A DNA stretch of 64,000 bases, taken from positions 38,318,001 through 38,382,000 of the forward strand of contig CM052817.1 of the NCBI GenBank assembly GCA_028534125.1. The letters are read 5' to 3'. The notes below the pieces were generated by a model. It made no database searches and had not been told where the DNA came from. It saw nothing but the letters and a program-made list of their open reading frames with translations. Positions 22,891 through 35,290 of the stretch are shown here, in pieces; positions within the stretch are counted from its first letter, which is position 1, and every line of letters starts with the position of its first letter. Source of the DNA: Lama glama. Lineage: Eukaryota. Made by a program: the position numbers and the translations under genes.

Positions 22891-25800
22891 CCAGATCTGG
22901 GGCTGTGGGTGTGGAGAAGGTTGGAGAATACAAGTCTCCCGCCCCCTAGGAGCTCTACATTTCTTTGCCAAAACCCCCCACACAGGTTTTACTTGCTTCC
23001 CTCAGCTACCTATGTAAAATCTTATTTCTGGAATCAGAATTACCCGGGTCATTCAACCTGTATTGCTGGAAATATTTATTTAGATGGATGCCCTCTAGTT
23101 AGATCTTTAGAGAAATTCAAAACATAATTACTTCCTTATCATGGTTTAAGAGCTCTCAGAATTACACAGTATGAAAGAAAAAGGACAGAGGAGTAAACAT
23201 GTTGCAGATGCAGTCTCCCCCTCCACCCACTCCACCAAAAAATGCCTATTTCAAATCTATATATTACAGTACTAGTTACCTGGAATGCCAACTCAATTAT
23301 TTCAAGAAACTTTATAAAAATCTCTGCTTTAGATTATTTAAAAATCATCACTAGATTTCTTTAAGACACTAAATAAGAGTGTTCTCATTAGAGATCACCC
23401 AGTGATATGGAAGAGTACACACTCAAATTTAGAAACACCAAAAATAAAAGTCTTTGTGGACACACGTTGTTCTTTGCTTTTATCCTTCTTTCTCTGGTTT
23501 TCTTCCAGGTGATCTGCCCCATCCCGGCCCGATGTTCCCCTAGAAAATTGATTTTCTGGCAGGAGAATTCTCAGCCCTTTAATGAATCAAATTAAGCTCT
23601 GCGGGGGAAAAAATTCTTTTGGCAGTTCCTTTTTAAAACGTGTATGGTATTCCTAACCAGAAGCAATGTAGCTTATTGTCTAATTGGTAGGAATACATGA
23701 TCTTTATCAACTCATGTGGCTTTATGTGTTCTACTTGCACCCTGGCAGGTGAATGCCAATGGGTGGTTTTAGATAAAAGCTGGAAAACAATGAAATTAAC
23801 CCAAATGAAATCTGCACACACTTGATGGACTCAAGAGCCTCAGGAGGACAAGCATTGATAGGCATGATTCAAGATTCTGACATTTAAAAAAAGACAAGGA
23901 ACCTATCAGGTCGGTAACCTATTTCAGGATCTAACAACTACCACAAGCAATTCAGACTCAGGATGATACAAAATTGAACTCAAGGTGGTTGCTAAATAGT
24001 CCCTAATTCAAATGGTGAAGACATGCCTCTGGGATACAACCTTGCATCCAATACCTTACCTTCACATCTTTGACTTCTGTCTCCATCCTTCCCACCTGAC
24101 ATCACTTCACTGACATGTGTGATATATGTGATTATCTTAAGCTAGGCAGTATAATTGAAGGATAGAAAGACTGTCACTTGAGGATTAAGCAGCAGGGTAA
24201 GTATATCTACCAAAGCCCCCTCCTGCACTTTCATTTCTCTGCGGAAAGAGAAGGGCCACTATATTTGTTTCCTAGAAGAGCCTTAGGGATTTAGCAAAGA
24301 TCTTTGTTACCAGATAGTGTAGACTGAACTACAAAATGCTTAGTTGTTCACAGGACTCATAGTATGTTACTTCTCTTTTAATTGCGGATTGATTGAGAGA
24401 CATCCCTCATACAGACTGTAGCAACTTTATAAAGGAGAAATGCATTCATTAACAAGAGATTTGAAAGATTCTAACCAATGCAGGGTGCTAATGTGACTGA
24501 AACAGGCCCCCAAGAGGGTAGTGTCTGTCATTCAGCTCCCAAAGTCTCTGCCCAGAGCATCACTTAAGCTGGATTTCACCAGTCAACTGAATTCTGAGTT
24601 AAAAGCATGTTTCAGATGAACTCTACAAAACCTACCAATGCTTCGAGGGTAAAGGGTAACTTTCCAGGATTCCCAAGTCATAGAAAACCTCAGAAGGAGA
24701 GTCTATAAAAGGTCAGTATAAGAGGTTAGCAAGGTTTGAGGGGTCTTTAACAAGGAGATTTCCAAGGGGGGTGTGTAATACTCCAGGACCAGGGGGATTT
24801 CAGAGACCTAGAAAAGAAATAGAAGGGAGCAGAGGAGGAGGGGGGCGGGGGGAATGAAGAAGGAGGTAGGAAGGAGGAGGAGGAGAAGGAAGAGTGGGAG
24901 GAAAGAAGGCAGATAATGGCCTTTCTACACATGGGCAGGTGCTTTGAGTATCAGTATTGCCAGAGTCAAGGACAGAAAAACCCCCATAGACAAAGCCCTC
25001 TGGACAATGTTTCTATCATGTCACTTTGTTTAGAATTTAGTTAGAGAACTCTCAGCAAGGCTTTGTACAATCACTTTTTCTAATATTTCAGGTATATGGG
25101 TCAAATGATTCTATAAAACAAGTATGGATTAAAACTGTGTTTTAATATACTTTACTAATTTTAAAATTGCATAGTCTTCCACTGGATTCCTGGCCAGATT
25201 CTTTGAAGACCTTAGCATAGGGTGATGTATTGTCATGTTACTCACTTGTCCCTTAATATCAGATACTGGAGCTCTTTAATTATGTTTTCTTTTGGGAAAA
25301 CATAAATTCCTAAGAGGGCAAAAAACACAGTAACAAAAATGAATAGTCAAGAATTGCCAAAATCCTAACATTTCCTTCGGGTTCTCACCAACAATGCAGA
25401 ATTTGTGTGGGTACTGAAATATACCAAGATCTGATTTCAGGATTAAGATTGAAGGCTGTGCTTCAAGGCATGTCTGTTTCAAACTGTCGGTCTTTGATTT
25501 TTCTCTTTATTTCCCATTGGAGGTTTTTGTTTTTTTAGAAAGTCCAGTTTTGTCTTAGCTAAATGAGGAGGAAAGAGATTGAGGGAATTTCATGCCCACC
25601 ATCCCCCCAACACTTTGGATCACAGGATTCAGGGAAAGGGGCAGCACTACGACTATTAAAATGTTGGGAACAAAATATTCAACTAAATCCCTGTGAGAGA
25701 TAAGAAAGGAGAGAGACTGCCAAAGAGAGAAGGGCTACTGTGGTGGTGGATGCCTCCCTGTGTCTGTAATTCCATGACAGGCCTGCTCTCAGTCAAGCGC

Positions 25801-25959
25801 TTTAACATGAAGTAGGTTATGTGCCTGTTTAGATCCTGAGAAGAGCAAAGGATCAACCATCACTCTTACTGAACTAATGGGTTTTTGATGGTAGCCAGTG
25901 TCACACTCTATTGTCCCCTGGACCTTCAGATTACACATACATAGACACAAATCCATGAT

Positions 25960-26130
25960 TAAATTTAGTTTTAAAATAGTGTTTTCTGTTTTCGTCTAAT
26001 TACAAAATTAGTATATATTCAACTCACGAAATTGAGAAGTTACAATGAAGCATAAAAGAAGACATTAAACATTTCCATGATTTCACCATACAGAGTTAAA
26101 TACTGTTAATGTATTTAATATACCCAATTG
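25960..26130 (-). mobile_element. L1ME-type 3' end fragment
   Basis: ctaattacaaaattagtatatattc...aaattgagaagttacaatgaagcataaaagaag...atttcaccatacagagttaaatactgttaat. Confidence 0.45.
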
Positions 26131-27439
26131 TTTTTTCACCTCTGTGTGTGTCTTAAATAATCGTTTGGCTCATATTACTTACTAACAAAGAAGGATCTTC
26201 TTTGCCTAGGCTCCAAATTCATACCTTAGTTTCCAATTGAAATGGTTCTCTTTGATACTTTTTAGACTGTGGAGTTTACTAGATTCTGTTAAAGAACTAA
26301 ACTCCCGCTTGCAACATTTGCAGACTCATCCCAGTCAGCTCCTAGAAAAATCTCCTGCTGTATGCTTTCAGTGGCTGTTTTTAAATCTCTCCCTTACTAG
26401 CCTAGAGTTTCCTTGAGCTTGTTGACTCACGGTTTCTCTAAGATAGCCTTTATGTTCCCATCATTCACATTCCAGCTCTCCTTTCTCTACTCACCCGTGA
26501 GTACAAGCGTGCACACATGCACACACACCATGCACACTCATGTCACACATGCACACCCACAGAAACACTCCTCCAGACATGTAACTTCCCTCTTTAGGAC
26601 TCAGCTCTCAGTGTAAAACTGGCATGGAACTTAAAATATGTAAAAATCTAATTCCATTTGAGTATCTGAGTAACAGCAAGATGGGCTTGTTTTCAATACA
26701 TGTACCTTTTTGTAGATTTCAAACTCATTCTCATGTCAGAATCTTCTCATTAAGTTTGTGTTCTTTAGAAAATTAAACACTGCCATTGAAATAAAACCAT
26801 CTGCTCCCAAGAATTATTTACTTATAAACTACCTAAATTACGTGTGACTTTAAAAATGGTTTCCTATGCCTTGTTCTCAAGTAGCTAGAGAGTAAATTAT
26901 AAATAGGTTCTTTACATGTGTCTAATTGCAGTATCATGTATATTCCAAGCCTTATCATTTGTCTAGGAAATCTTCATTTCATCCTGTTTTCATCACAGTC
27001 CAAACTCTTTAAATAACAGATGTAATTTTTGCCTCCTTTCCCATTTTCCTTCCTCTCTATGTTGCCTGCTTTATCTAGTTTCAGATAATTTGAAACTTAA
27101 GAGAAGAACCTTACCTCAGGACGGATTCTGGTCCCAATGATAGAAAACATACAATCAGGGCACAAAGTTGAGCTATTAAGACCGCTAATGGCCTCAGATA
27201 TTTGGCACAACTCATCCTATGCTTGAATAAATGTTATTTTCCTGGTTCGGGCTGTCAATAGAGACTTGGGTCTGAGGTCATTATTTTAAGTTACTCAAAA
27301 CCAATGAGGTTATCAAGGAAAATAAAATATTTAGTTGTTACAGAGTGCGGACGTAGCCATCAGCTTAGTAAACTATCTTGCATGAAAATGAAGAAAGTGT
27401 CAATGAAGCAAAATAACTCATCCAAACACATTACGAATG

Positions 27440-27680
27440 ATAATGACATGAAGGAACAGGAATAGTTCTTGTAGTTTTTAAAGTGTCTTCCTACATGTGA
27501 TGTCCTTTCACTGCAGCAGCCCCCGGAAAAATCTGTTACTGCTTACATTTTACAGAAAAGAGAACAAAGAGAAACCCTGTATAGGGGCTGTTCAGGCTCA
27601 CATACGCTAATGAAGTTTGGAGATAAGAGCTGAATTCAGGCCGTTTGAGTACATTGTGGATTCTTTTCATTAATGTGTCA
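27440..27680 (-). mobile_element. MIR SINE (degenerate)
   Basis: aagtgtcttcctacatgtgatgtc...cattttacagaaaagagaac...ctcacatacgctaa...ctgaattcagg. Confidence 0.5.
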
Positions 27681-28185
27681 GCAGCAGCATCTCCCTATGC
27701 AAAAGACAGCACAATTTCCCTTTCACGTGCCACTTAAACCGGTCAAGTGCTTGACAATCATTGTTATCATTACGTTCTTCTGTGAGAAGGAAAATTGTCA
27801 GCCTCCAATAGGCCAATTTAAAATCCCACTTTAGGTATTAATCTTAATGTCCTATCCTACCCAGCTTTTTATTCAAGTTTCCAAAAAAAATTGCAGAATT
27901 AACTGCTCTCCATCTTTCTCTCTGTGCTCACCCTCTGTTGGAGGTGCTGATGAACAGTGACTGGGCCAAAAAGCAGGCGGAAGTTCTCAGGAAGAACAGC
28001 AAGTGTTCGGCTCAATCGTTCACACATTTGAAAAATTATTCCTAAGAAATGACTATTGATTTTAAGATCCCGGAGTGAAACTGAAAAAAATTGGAAATTA
28101 GAAGTTTACTTCTTAAGACATAGAAAAGATAGAGGCTGATTATGTAAGAAACAGAGTTGAGGATAACTAGTTCCTCAATATTTGA

Positions 28186-28240
28186 AAAATTACCAAACAT
28201 AATCATATAAAATAAAATTACCAAACATAATCAATAAAAT
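28186..28240. repeat. Tandem duplication, ~28-bp unit x2
   Basis: aaaattaccaaacataatcatataaaat / aaaattaccaaacataatcaataaaat. Confidence 0.85.
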
Positions 28241-30250
28241 AATGTGATTTTTGAAAGATTTTCAAAATAATATTCCAAGAAGACAATAATCAAAGGCAGT
28301 TCAAGATGTGGGCTGTTAAGCAGACAAAATAAAACAGAAAACAAGCAAAAAAAAAATCCCATGCAAAAACAAAAACAAACAATAAAACCAAATAGGACTA
28401 AAAATTATTATCCTCTCCTTTTATTTTCTCAAATTTCTCATTTTTTCCCAAAATTTAAAAATGATAGCAAGCAACCTTTGTGAAGAGTGGAGTAATATGC
28501 AAGAGTGGAGAAGTGAGGCTGGGGGTGAGGTGGGAATGACATGGGTTGAGGCTGAGGAGGACACGTGGTGGAGTTTCTAAATGCTGAACAGTCTGCCCTA
28601 GATGCCTTCACTGGAAGATATTCTGCCCAGTGTGCTTTATTCAAGAATATACAGTAAAGGAGGGTTCTAAGTGTCTATGGTGGGGGAATAGTCCCAATGA
28701 GAAAGAAACTGAAGCACCAAGACTTCAGCCCAAAACTCCGATACATTTTCAAGGAAGAAAGATGCTTCTGGGTGGGACATCAGATGAGTCTAAAGTCTAG
28801 ACTTCAACCACTGTGTAAACGCTCACTATCAATGTAAATTTTACCCATATCCCTGCCTAAGTCCCTTTAAAACTGTGGTGGATACTCAGGTACTACCACA
28901 AGGAATTAGAAGTGCAGTATGAGTTAATCTTACGAAGAAAAATAATACCGGGAGTAATGAGCAAATTCAAGAAAGTCGCTAGTTGCTATGTACACAGGTG
29001 ATTCCTTTATGCATGCCAAAGTGTTTAACACCTCTCAAATGCAAGGCCTGTGCAGAACAAAAGGTCAGTTCAGAGATTATCTGTGCCTTCACGAAATTTA
29101 CATTCAATCACTGAGAAAATTACGGCAAATTTTTCCTTTCCTCCAAGGTAATGCAGAAATGGATCTACGATATAGACATCTATTCTTGGCTTTAGATCTA
29201 GCCCCCGAAAATTGCTGGCATCATCTTCCCAGGCAAACAAGAGAGATACTCTTCCTATGGTGATCTTATACCATTATGTTAGACAAGTGCTAGCCTCCAC
29301 TTTAACCAGTATATAAAGATATCTTAAGATAATTTTAATTTTGCTTGTTTGTTCTTTAAATTCTCAATACATTGCTGTATAGACCAGAAGATAATGAACA
29401 TATTTAATATGAAAATTGTCCAGATATTTACCAGGTGGATTTTCTTAGCATGCAGTACATAGAATCTCTGGTTTTGAATTGTACAATAATAGAAAAAAAC
29501 ACCACTATCTGTGAATAAATAACAGAAATTTAGTGATAGCATTAAATCTTTGAAAATCAGTCTACAAACATTAAAATATTTTCAGAATTGAACACTACAT
29601 GAGGAAAGCCTAAAACAACAACAAAGCTTTTTATTTTAATCTCTAGCTTTAATTGCTTATCAAATTCTAAAACTATATACATGTGGGTTGGAGTTTCCCA
29701 TACTTACTTAAGACAAAACTTGACAAAATTTAGAGAATGGAATCTGTAGGCTTAAAAGTGTCTCAAAAGTTACCTTTTTTCCCCCCTGTCTTTTTTTTTT
29801 CCTTTTGGAAGATCACTGTAAAAATGTCTATTTCATTAGGTCTTTTATAAAATTAATATTATAAAAATAAACATTTAAGATTAAGCTACTTGCCATGTAT
29901 AAAATGACTCATTAATTCCTCATAATGTGCCCCATTTTTTTAAAATATAATAAAATGGTTACTTTAAATAACTTATGTTTTGCACACAAAGATTATATTA
30001 ATTTAAAAATTTTGAAACTAAGGATTTATGTTAATATTTCAATGAAAAGAAGATTATAGCAATGTTGATCTTTAATTTTATTAATGAAAAAATCAACTTT
30101 AGAACTAAAATGCTTGTCTGAATTTAGGATTTTCTATGTATAGTTCTTTTTAGTAGATTATCATAGTCAGAGGTTATTTTGCAAGAAAAATAATTTCTAA
30201 ACATAAAGTCCAATAGGCCAAGAATTCAATACTTCTAATGTGGCTATGGT

Positions 30251-30284
30251 ATTAATTAATTAATTAATTAATTAATTAATTAAT
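30251..30284. repeat. (ATTA)8AT self-complementary microsatellite
   Basis: Read directly; a perfect 34-bp palindrome. Confidence 0.95.
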
Positions 30285-33200
30285 GCTGACTTTGTTATTA
30301 CTGCTTACGTTTCTATTATACTATATGATTTTGTATAACATATGTGGATAAACCTATTAATATTAAAAAATTTGTGCTTGCATTTTATCAAGGTAAGACT
30401 CATGACCCTATGATTGCAGTTTTTATTTAATAGATGCAGGGATCCCCCATGAAAATAGCCCTTTCCAGGGAAAAGCACACTGTGCTCAAATGTAAACTAA
30501 TAGTCCAAGAACACACAAATTTGTAACAACCTAGAACACCATGACAAAGTTATGCAATAAATGAAATAAATAATAATAATCACAAGAAATAAATAATACA
30601 TATAATAAGGGAACTAATGAGCTGTAATAAATCAACTTATGGATATTTATTAGAAATCTGTGTGGCTTCTGAGCAGTCATGAGGCTTTAAAATTTAAAAA
30701 TGAAGTATTTACTTAAAAGGCTGCAATAAGATTAATAAATATCTACATTGAGTGATGTTTACTAGCATCATTGGTCATTCCTGAGCCCAAGAAAGTCAAG
30801 GTGTACTTACCTGTGTAAAGAGCCTTTTAATTATTCATACACAAAATCTCAATATTCATAAAATAAGGGACAAAGAATAAATATCCAGCTTCACCCTTCC
30901 TTTACCTTTATTTTATTCCAATTACAAATACAAATATATAAAATAGAGCTTTATGATACGATGAAGGGAAAACATTCTCATGGAAATAGCAAGTAGATGC
31001 CACATGTGTTGACATCTGTGTAGTAACTACCCACTCTCCCTTTTCCCAACTTCCTGCTCTGATGGACACCCCACGGAGAAGTTGTAGGGACATAGGGGCC
31101 TATCTCTGTTCACGCCAGATTTCCAATACCAGTGGCCTTACCCTGGGAGAAGGAAAGGGAAGGACAAAAATACAGCAGCTCCGTCTGAGAACTAAAACAT
31201 CATATGCTCAAACAAAAATTCACTAATAATTCCTTTATGTATATAGAAGTTGTGACTAATACAATGCAAATCACTGCTGAAATCATAGAATTTTGTGTCA
31301 TTATACCTTTCATTAGTCAATGGGATGCTAAAAATGCAACTACTTACATGTAAGGAAGGAAACTTTTAAATATTTTGGCATTTGAAGAGTCCCTCAGTGC
31401 TGGGAAAAGACTGGGGCCCTTTGCCTTAGGCTATCTCCTCTCCTTTAGTGTTACCATTGTCTTTTGAAGGCGGCGGAGTGGTGCAGAGAGGGATAACATA
31501 CATTGATTGCAACCACTCTTCTCAAATAGCACACACAGTATGAACGCATTCACAGTTCACTGCAGAGCAGTCAGGGCCACGGCTGGCCGTACCTAGAGTC
31601 CACAGCCTAAATGTCCTGCTACTGCAGTTTTACCAACGGGGACTTGAGAGAAATGTGCATAGTAGATTTCTAATAAAAATTATTGAGCTGGTTTCAAAAT
31701 AGCTTAATTATTATTGCTACCTTTGATAGAACTCATTAAAATGGCTGTTGTGAGTCTATCGAGATGGTCCCACTGTAATTCAATTTTAATTAACTTGATC
31801 ATTATTTCTAACAATGCTAATAAACAAGCTATGCTACAATCTTACCTTACCCTTGGATCTTTCAGCACAGAATTTAGAGATTTAAATCTTTTTCTTTCTT
31901 TTTTTCTTTAATTGCTGAAGTGATACTGAACAAATTACATTATTAAAATCGACTAATTCCTGTCACCATCAATTAGTCTTTCATTAGCAACCTTCAATAT
32001 ATTTATGTTCCAAGAAGATTTCACCTGCCCTCCTGCCTGACCGTTAGCTTCAAATCACAGCACACAAGGGCTCTGGCATGAACAGTGCATACATTGATGT
32101 TTGCATATTATAAGTACAGAGGTTCAAGCATTTTATAACATACTCACGGACCTGTCACGTATTTGAGATCCTTTGGAGGTAATGAGCATTGTTTAAAAAT
32201 GCAAATGCTCAAATCTCATAGTTTGACGTACAGTGCCATCTGGACTACTATTAATAATGTGAGTCTATGAGATCTGGTAAATTACACATTCCAGAATCTG
32301 CATGGGTGCTTTACCCAGTGGGATTGTAAAGGGTGGGGTCAAGAGGCTGGAATAGGATACTGCAAAAATATCATAAATGCTAAGTGATTTCCTAGAAACA
32401 GGAAGCTGACCCGCCTATTCTACAAGAACATGGATTTTCCCTGGAGAGCCTTATTTTTGTTAGTCTTTGGCATCAGTTTCTTCAATAGTCCATTCCTCAC
32501 TTGCTGGCTGATCTCCTGACACTATATATGAAGTTCTCATCATGGATTGTCTTATCTGGTCCTTGTTTACTGGCATTCTCCCCACTGGTGATCTCCTTGT
32601 CAGATGTCAGCTTCTGTGCTGTCATCCCACAGGTGTGTCCTCTCCAACTGGGAATCATTAGTGTCTTGATGGTACCTCACAGAACATGAAATGTGAGCAT
32701 AAAACGAATTATTGCATGTGAACCAAAAAAAGCACAGTACCTCACAGGGAACACATTTAACAAATAAGGGCGTTTATTATTCCTACCATTCAGACTTGGT
32801 CATCTTTTCTGGAGTCTCTGCTATCTTAACCCACCGAGAACACCCATCTCATTCATTCCCTCAGTGCTCTCTAAGACCTTGACTTTATGACTCCTGGAGA
32901 TATACGACATTACAAGAACCAGGGTGGCCACTATATTCAGTATGAACACTTGTGGCAAATGCTGAAAAAGACAGAGATTTCAGACACAAAAATCAGAAAG
33001 ATGTTCTTTGGAAAGCTGAAAAATTGAATCAGGTATCACTTATACCTAATCTAACTGTCCCACGTTGGTCTAGCTGTCCAGCTTCCATTAAGCAGTTTCT
33101 AATACATATACCGCTGACTTACGGACAATTTTTAAATTTAAGTGGCTGTCTAGCCAAATGGCTAATTGAATTTCCTATCCTATCCTAACTTACTCAAGAA

Positions 33201-35064
33201 TTCTTCTACTTTCCTTTTTTTATCTTTTTTCTGCCACTCATCTCTGTTTTACACACCAGTTCTAAAGTAACCCAGGGGAGGTTTACAGAGCCAGGGAAGG
33301 ATTGCTGAGGATAAAGAGGGAATGAGGTGGCAGGTCTCCTGTGTTCTATCTCCTCTTCTCCTTCACGTGACTCTCTCAGACACTCCCCACCTTCACATTG
33401 GAATGCCTGCTCCACCTTTCCAGATAGAGTGTCTAGCATGGCTTTCCTTATAAGAACTGATTCTATCTCCTCTCTTATATGAAGATGAGTCTTAATTCAG
33501 CCTGTTATGTGCCTCAATCCTGATGTGACTGATGGGAGAGGATATAATCCCAACCCAAGTGTCTAACGTCACAGATAGGTCCCACTGTTAAAGGACTAGA
33601 GCCAGGTTCTTCCCTGAGAGCAAACAGTGAAAGGACCAGAACTAGACCTGAAAAAGTGATTTTTTTCTGCCTGTTTCCCATTTTTGCTAAAAAACCAAAA
33701 CAACAAAAACTTATCTACTGTCTTCAGAAACAGAGAATAATGGCCAAAGTTGCAAAGAATTTGTTGTGTCACAGTCCACAGGGGAGAAGAGAAATCCTTG
33801 CTGAAAGGAAAGGCTACCATCAATGGTTGCAAAGAGAAGGAAATGCTCGAGACAGAACAGGAAAACAAGGGAAGAGGGAAGCTCAAAATGGAGGAGCATT
33901 CTTGATGGTTTTCCAAGGCCCCAGGTTGCTCCAGGTCCTCCTCTGCCCAGCTCACATTCACAGTTCAGCTACTTCATGGTCATGTACACAGGAGGACTGG
34001 AAGCAGTCTACTCTGGTGCCCCTTACAGCAGCAGGTAATGCACTCCTAACAACTGTAGTTGAGCTTATGATACGTTTTTTTTTTCATGTAAGTGTTATTC
34101 ACATAGTAGATAGGTCCCAGAATGTTACTGTGTGGTGGAATTACATTTATATGATGAGATACTACCTTTGAAATACTAGCCAAGAGATTTTTATTTCTAG
34201 TATTCTCTTCTCCCCTATGCCTTCCATCTATGGTTCCTTTGTCTCAGGCAAGGAATGGCGCAGGGGAAACAATGAAAACAGTAGCAACCAAAAAAATGAG
34301 GTTCAAAAGCTTATGACTTAGGGTAATGGTAAGACTGGTATAAATAGGCAATAGACCTGGTGAGAATACACTGTAATTGAGAGATAACTTCTTAGCGCTA
34401 GTCGAAAAAGAGTTCCCCAGTGTGGGGAAACAGAGAAGATGAAGGAGATGTGGTGAGAGGGTGAGGGACAAAGGAATGAAACATAGAACAACACACAGAC
34501 TTGGACAAAGACATTCTCCTGAAACCTCTGAGCACACATCTAAGTGATCATGTCCACTACACCCACCCAGGAGCCACGTGGGAACTGAGGCCATAGGTGG
34601 TCCAGTTTTCACCCCAGTAAACAATGTATATTGTGCACTCAGAGAAGCCATGCTAATCTCTCCCTTTGATAGCCCAGCAGCCTCAACCTTTCCAGCAGAA
34701 AAACTGACCACCCATTGAAGACTTTGCTCAATTCTTACATCACTTTCTGTTACTTTCCACAGACACAACCTCCTTTAACTTATAAACAGGCAACAGGGGA
34801 AAAATTGAAAGGCAAAAGTGTCCTGGAAAACTAAAGAGGGGTGGTGAATAAGAGGTGATGCCCTCCCAAACACGGGCACCATTAAGTTTAGGTACCTTCA
34901 CAAGTAAAGGCAGATACTGTGGCCATGCTAAGAAGTTTTATCTTTATTCTAAGAGTTTTTACTTCATTCTAAGATACTGAAGGTTCTAAGCAAGAAACTG
35001 ACATGATCAAATTTGTGTGCAGAGCAGTGGCTGTGTAAGGAATGGAAGGTCTGATGAGCAGCCA

Positions 35065-35290
35065 GGATATGGGTTATTAACATTTATTAAGCACTTATTT
35101 CAGTCTAAGAATTATGCTAGACCTTTTGTGTATGTTGTCTCACTTGATTTTTTAACCAAAGGTATGGAGTCTGGAAGAAAACTGAAATTCAGAGATGTTT
35201 AGTGACATGTCTAAAGTCACCTAGGGAATACATAAACAGTTCTGGGCTAAGAACCTAAGTGTGTCTAACACCTATAGCACTTTTTCCTTT
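35065..35290 (-). mobile_element. MIR SINE
   Basis: taacatttattaagcactta...gaaaactgaaattcagagatgtttagtgacatgtctaaagtcacc...aagaacctaagtgtgtctaac. Confidence 0.65.

Noticed and set aside
21910..23017. Many overlapping 62-215 aa ORFs in several frames
   Set aside because: Expected from GC-rich CpG-island sequence poor in stop codons; low-complexity Pro/Arg/Ala/Gly translations with no recognisable domain.
30805..30813. Perfect minus-strand donor CAG|GTAAGT upstream of the island (also GAG|GTAAGG at ~27115)
   Set aside because: No matching acceptor or promoter-like context; isolated consensus donors occur by chance at this scale.
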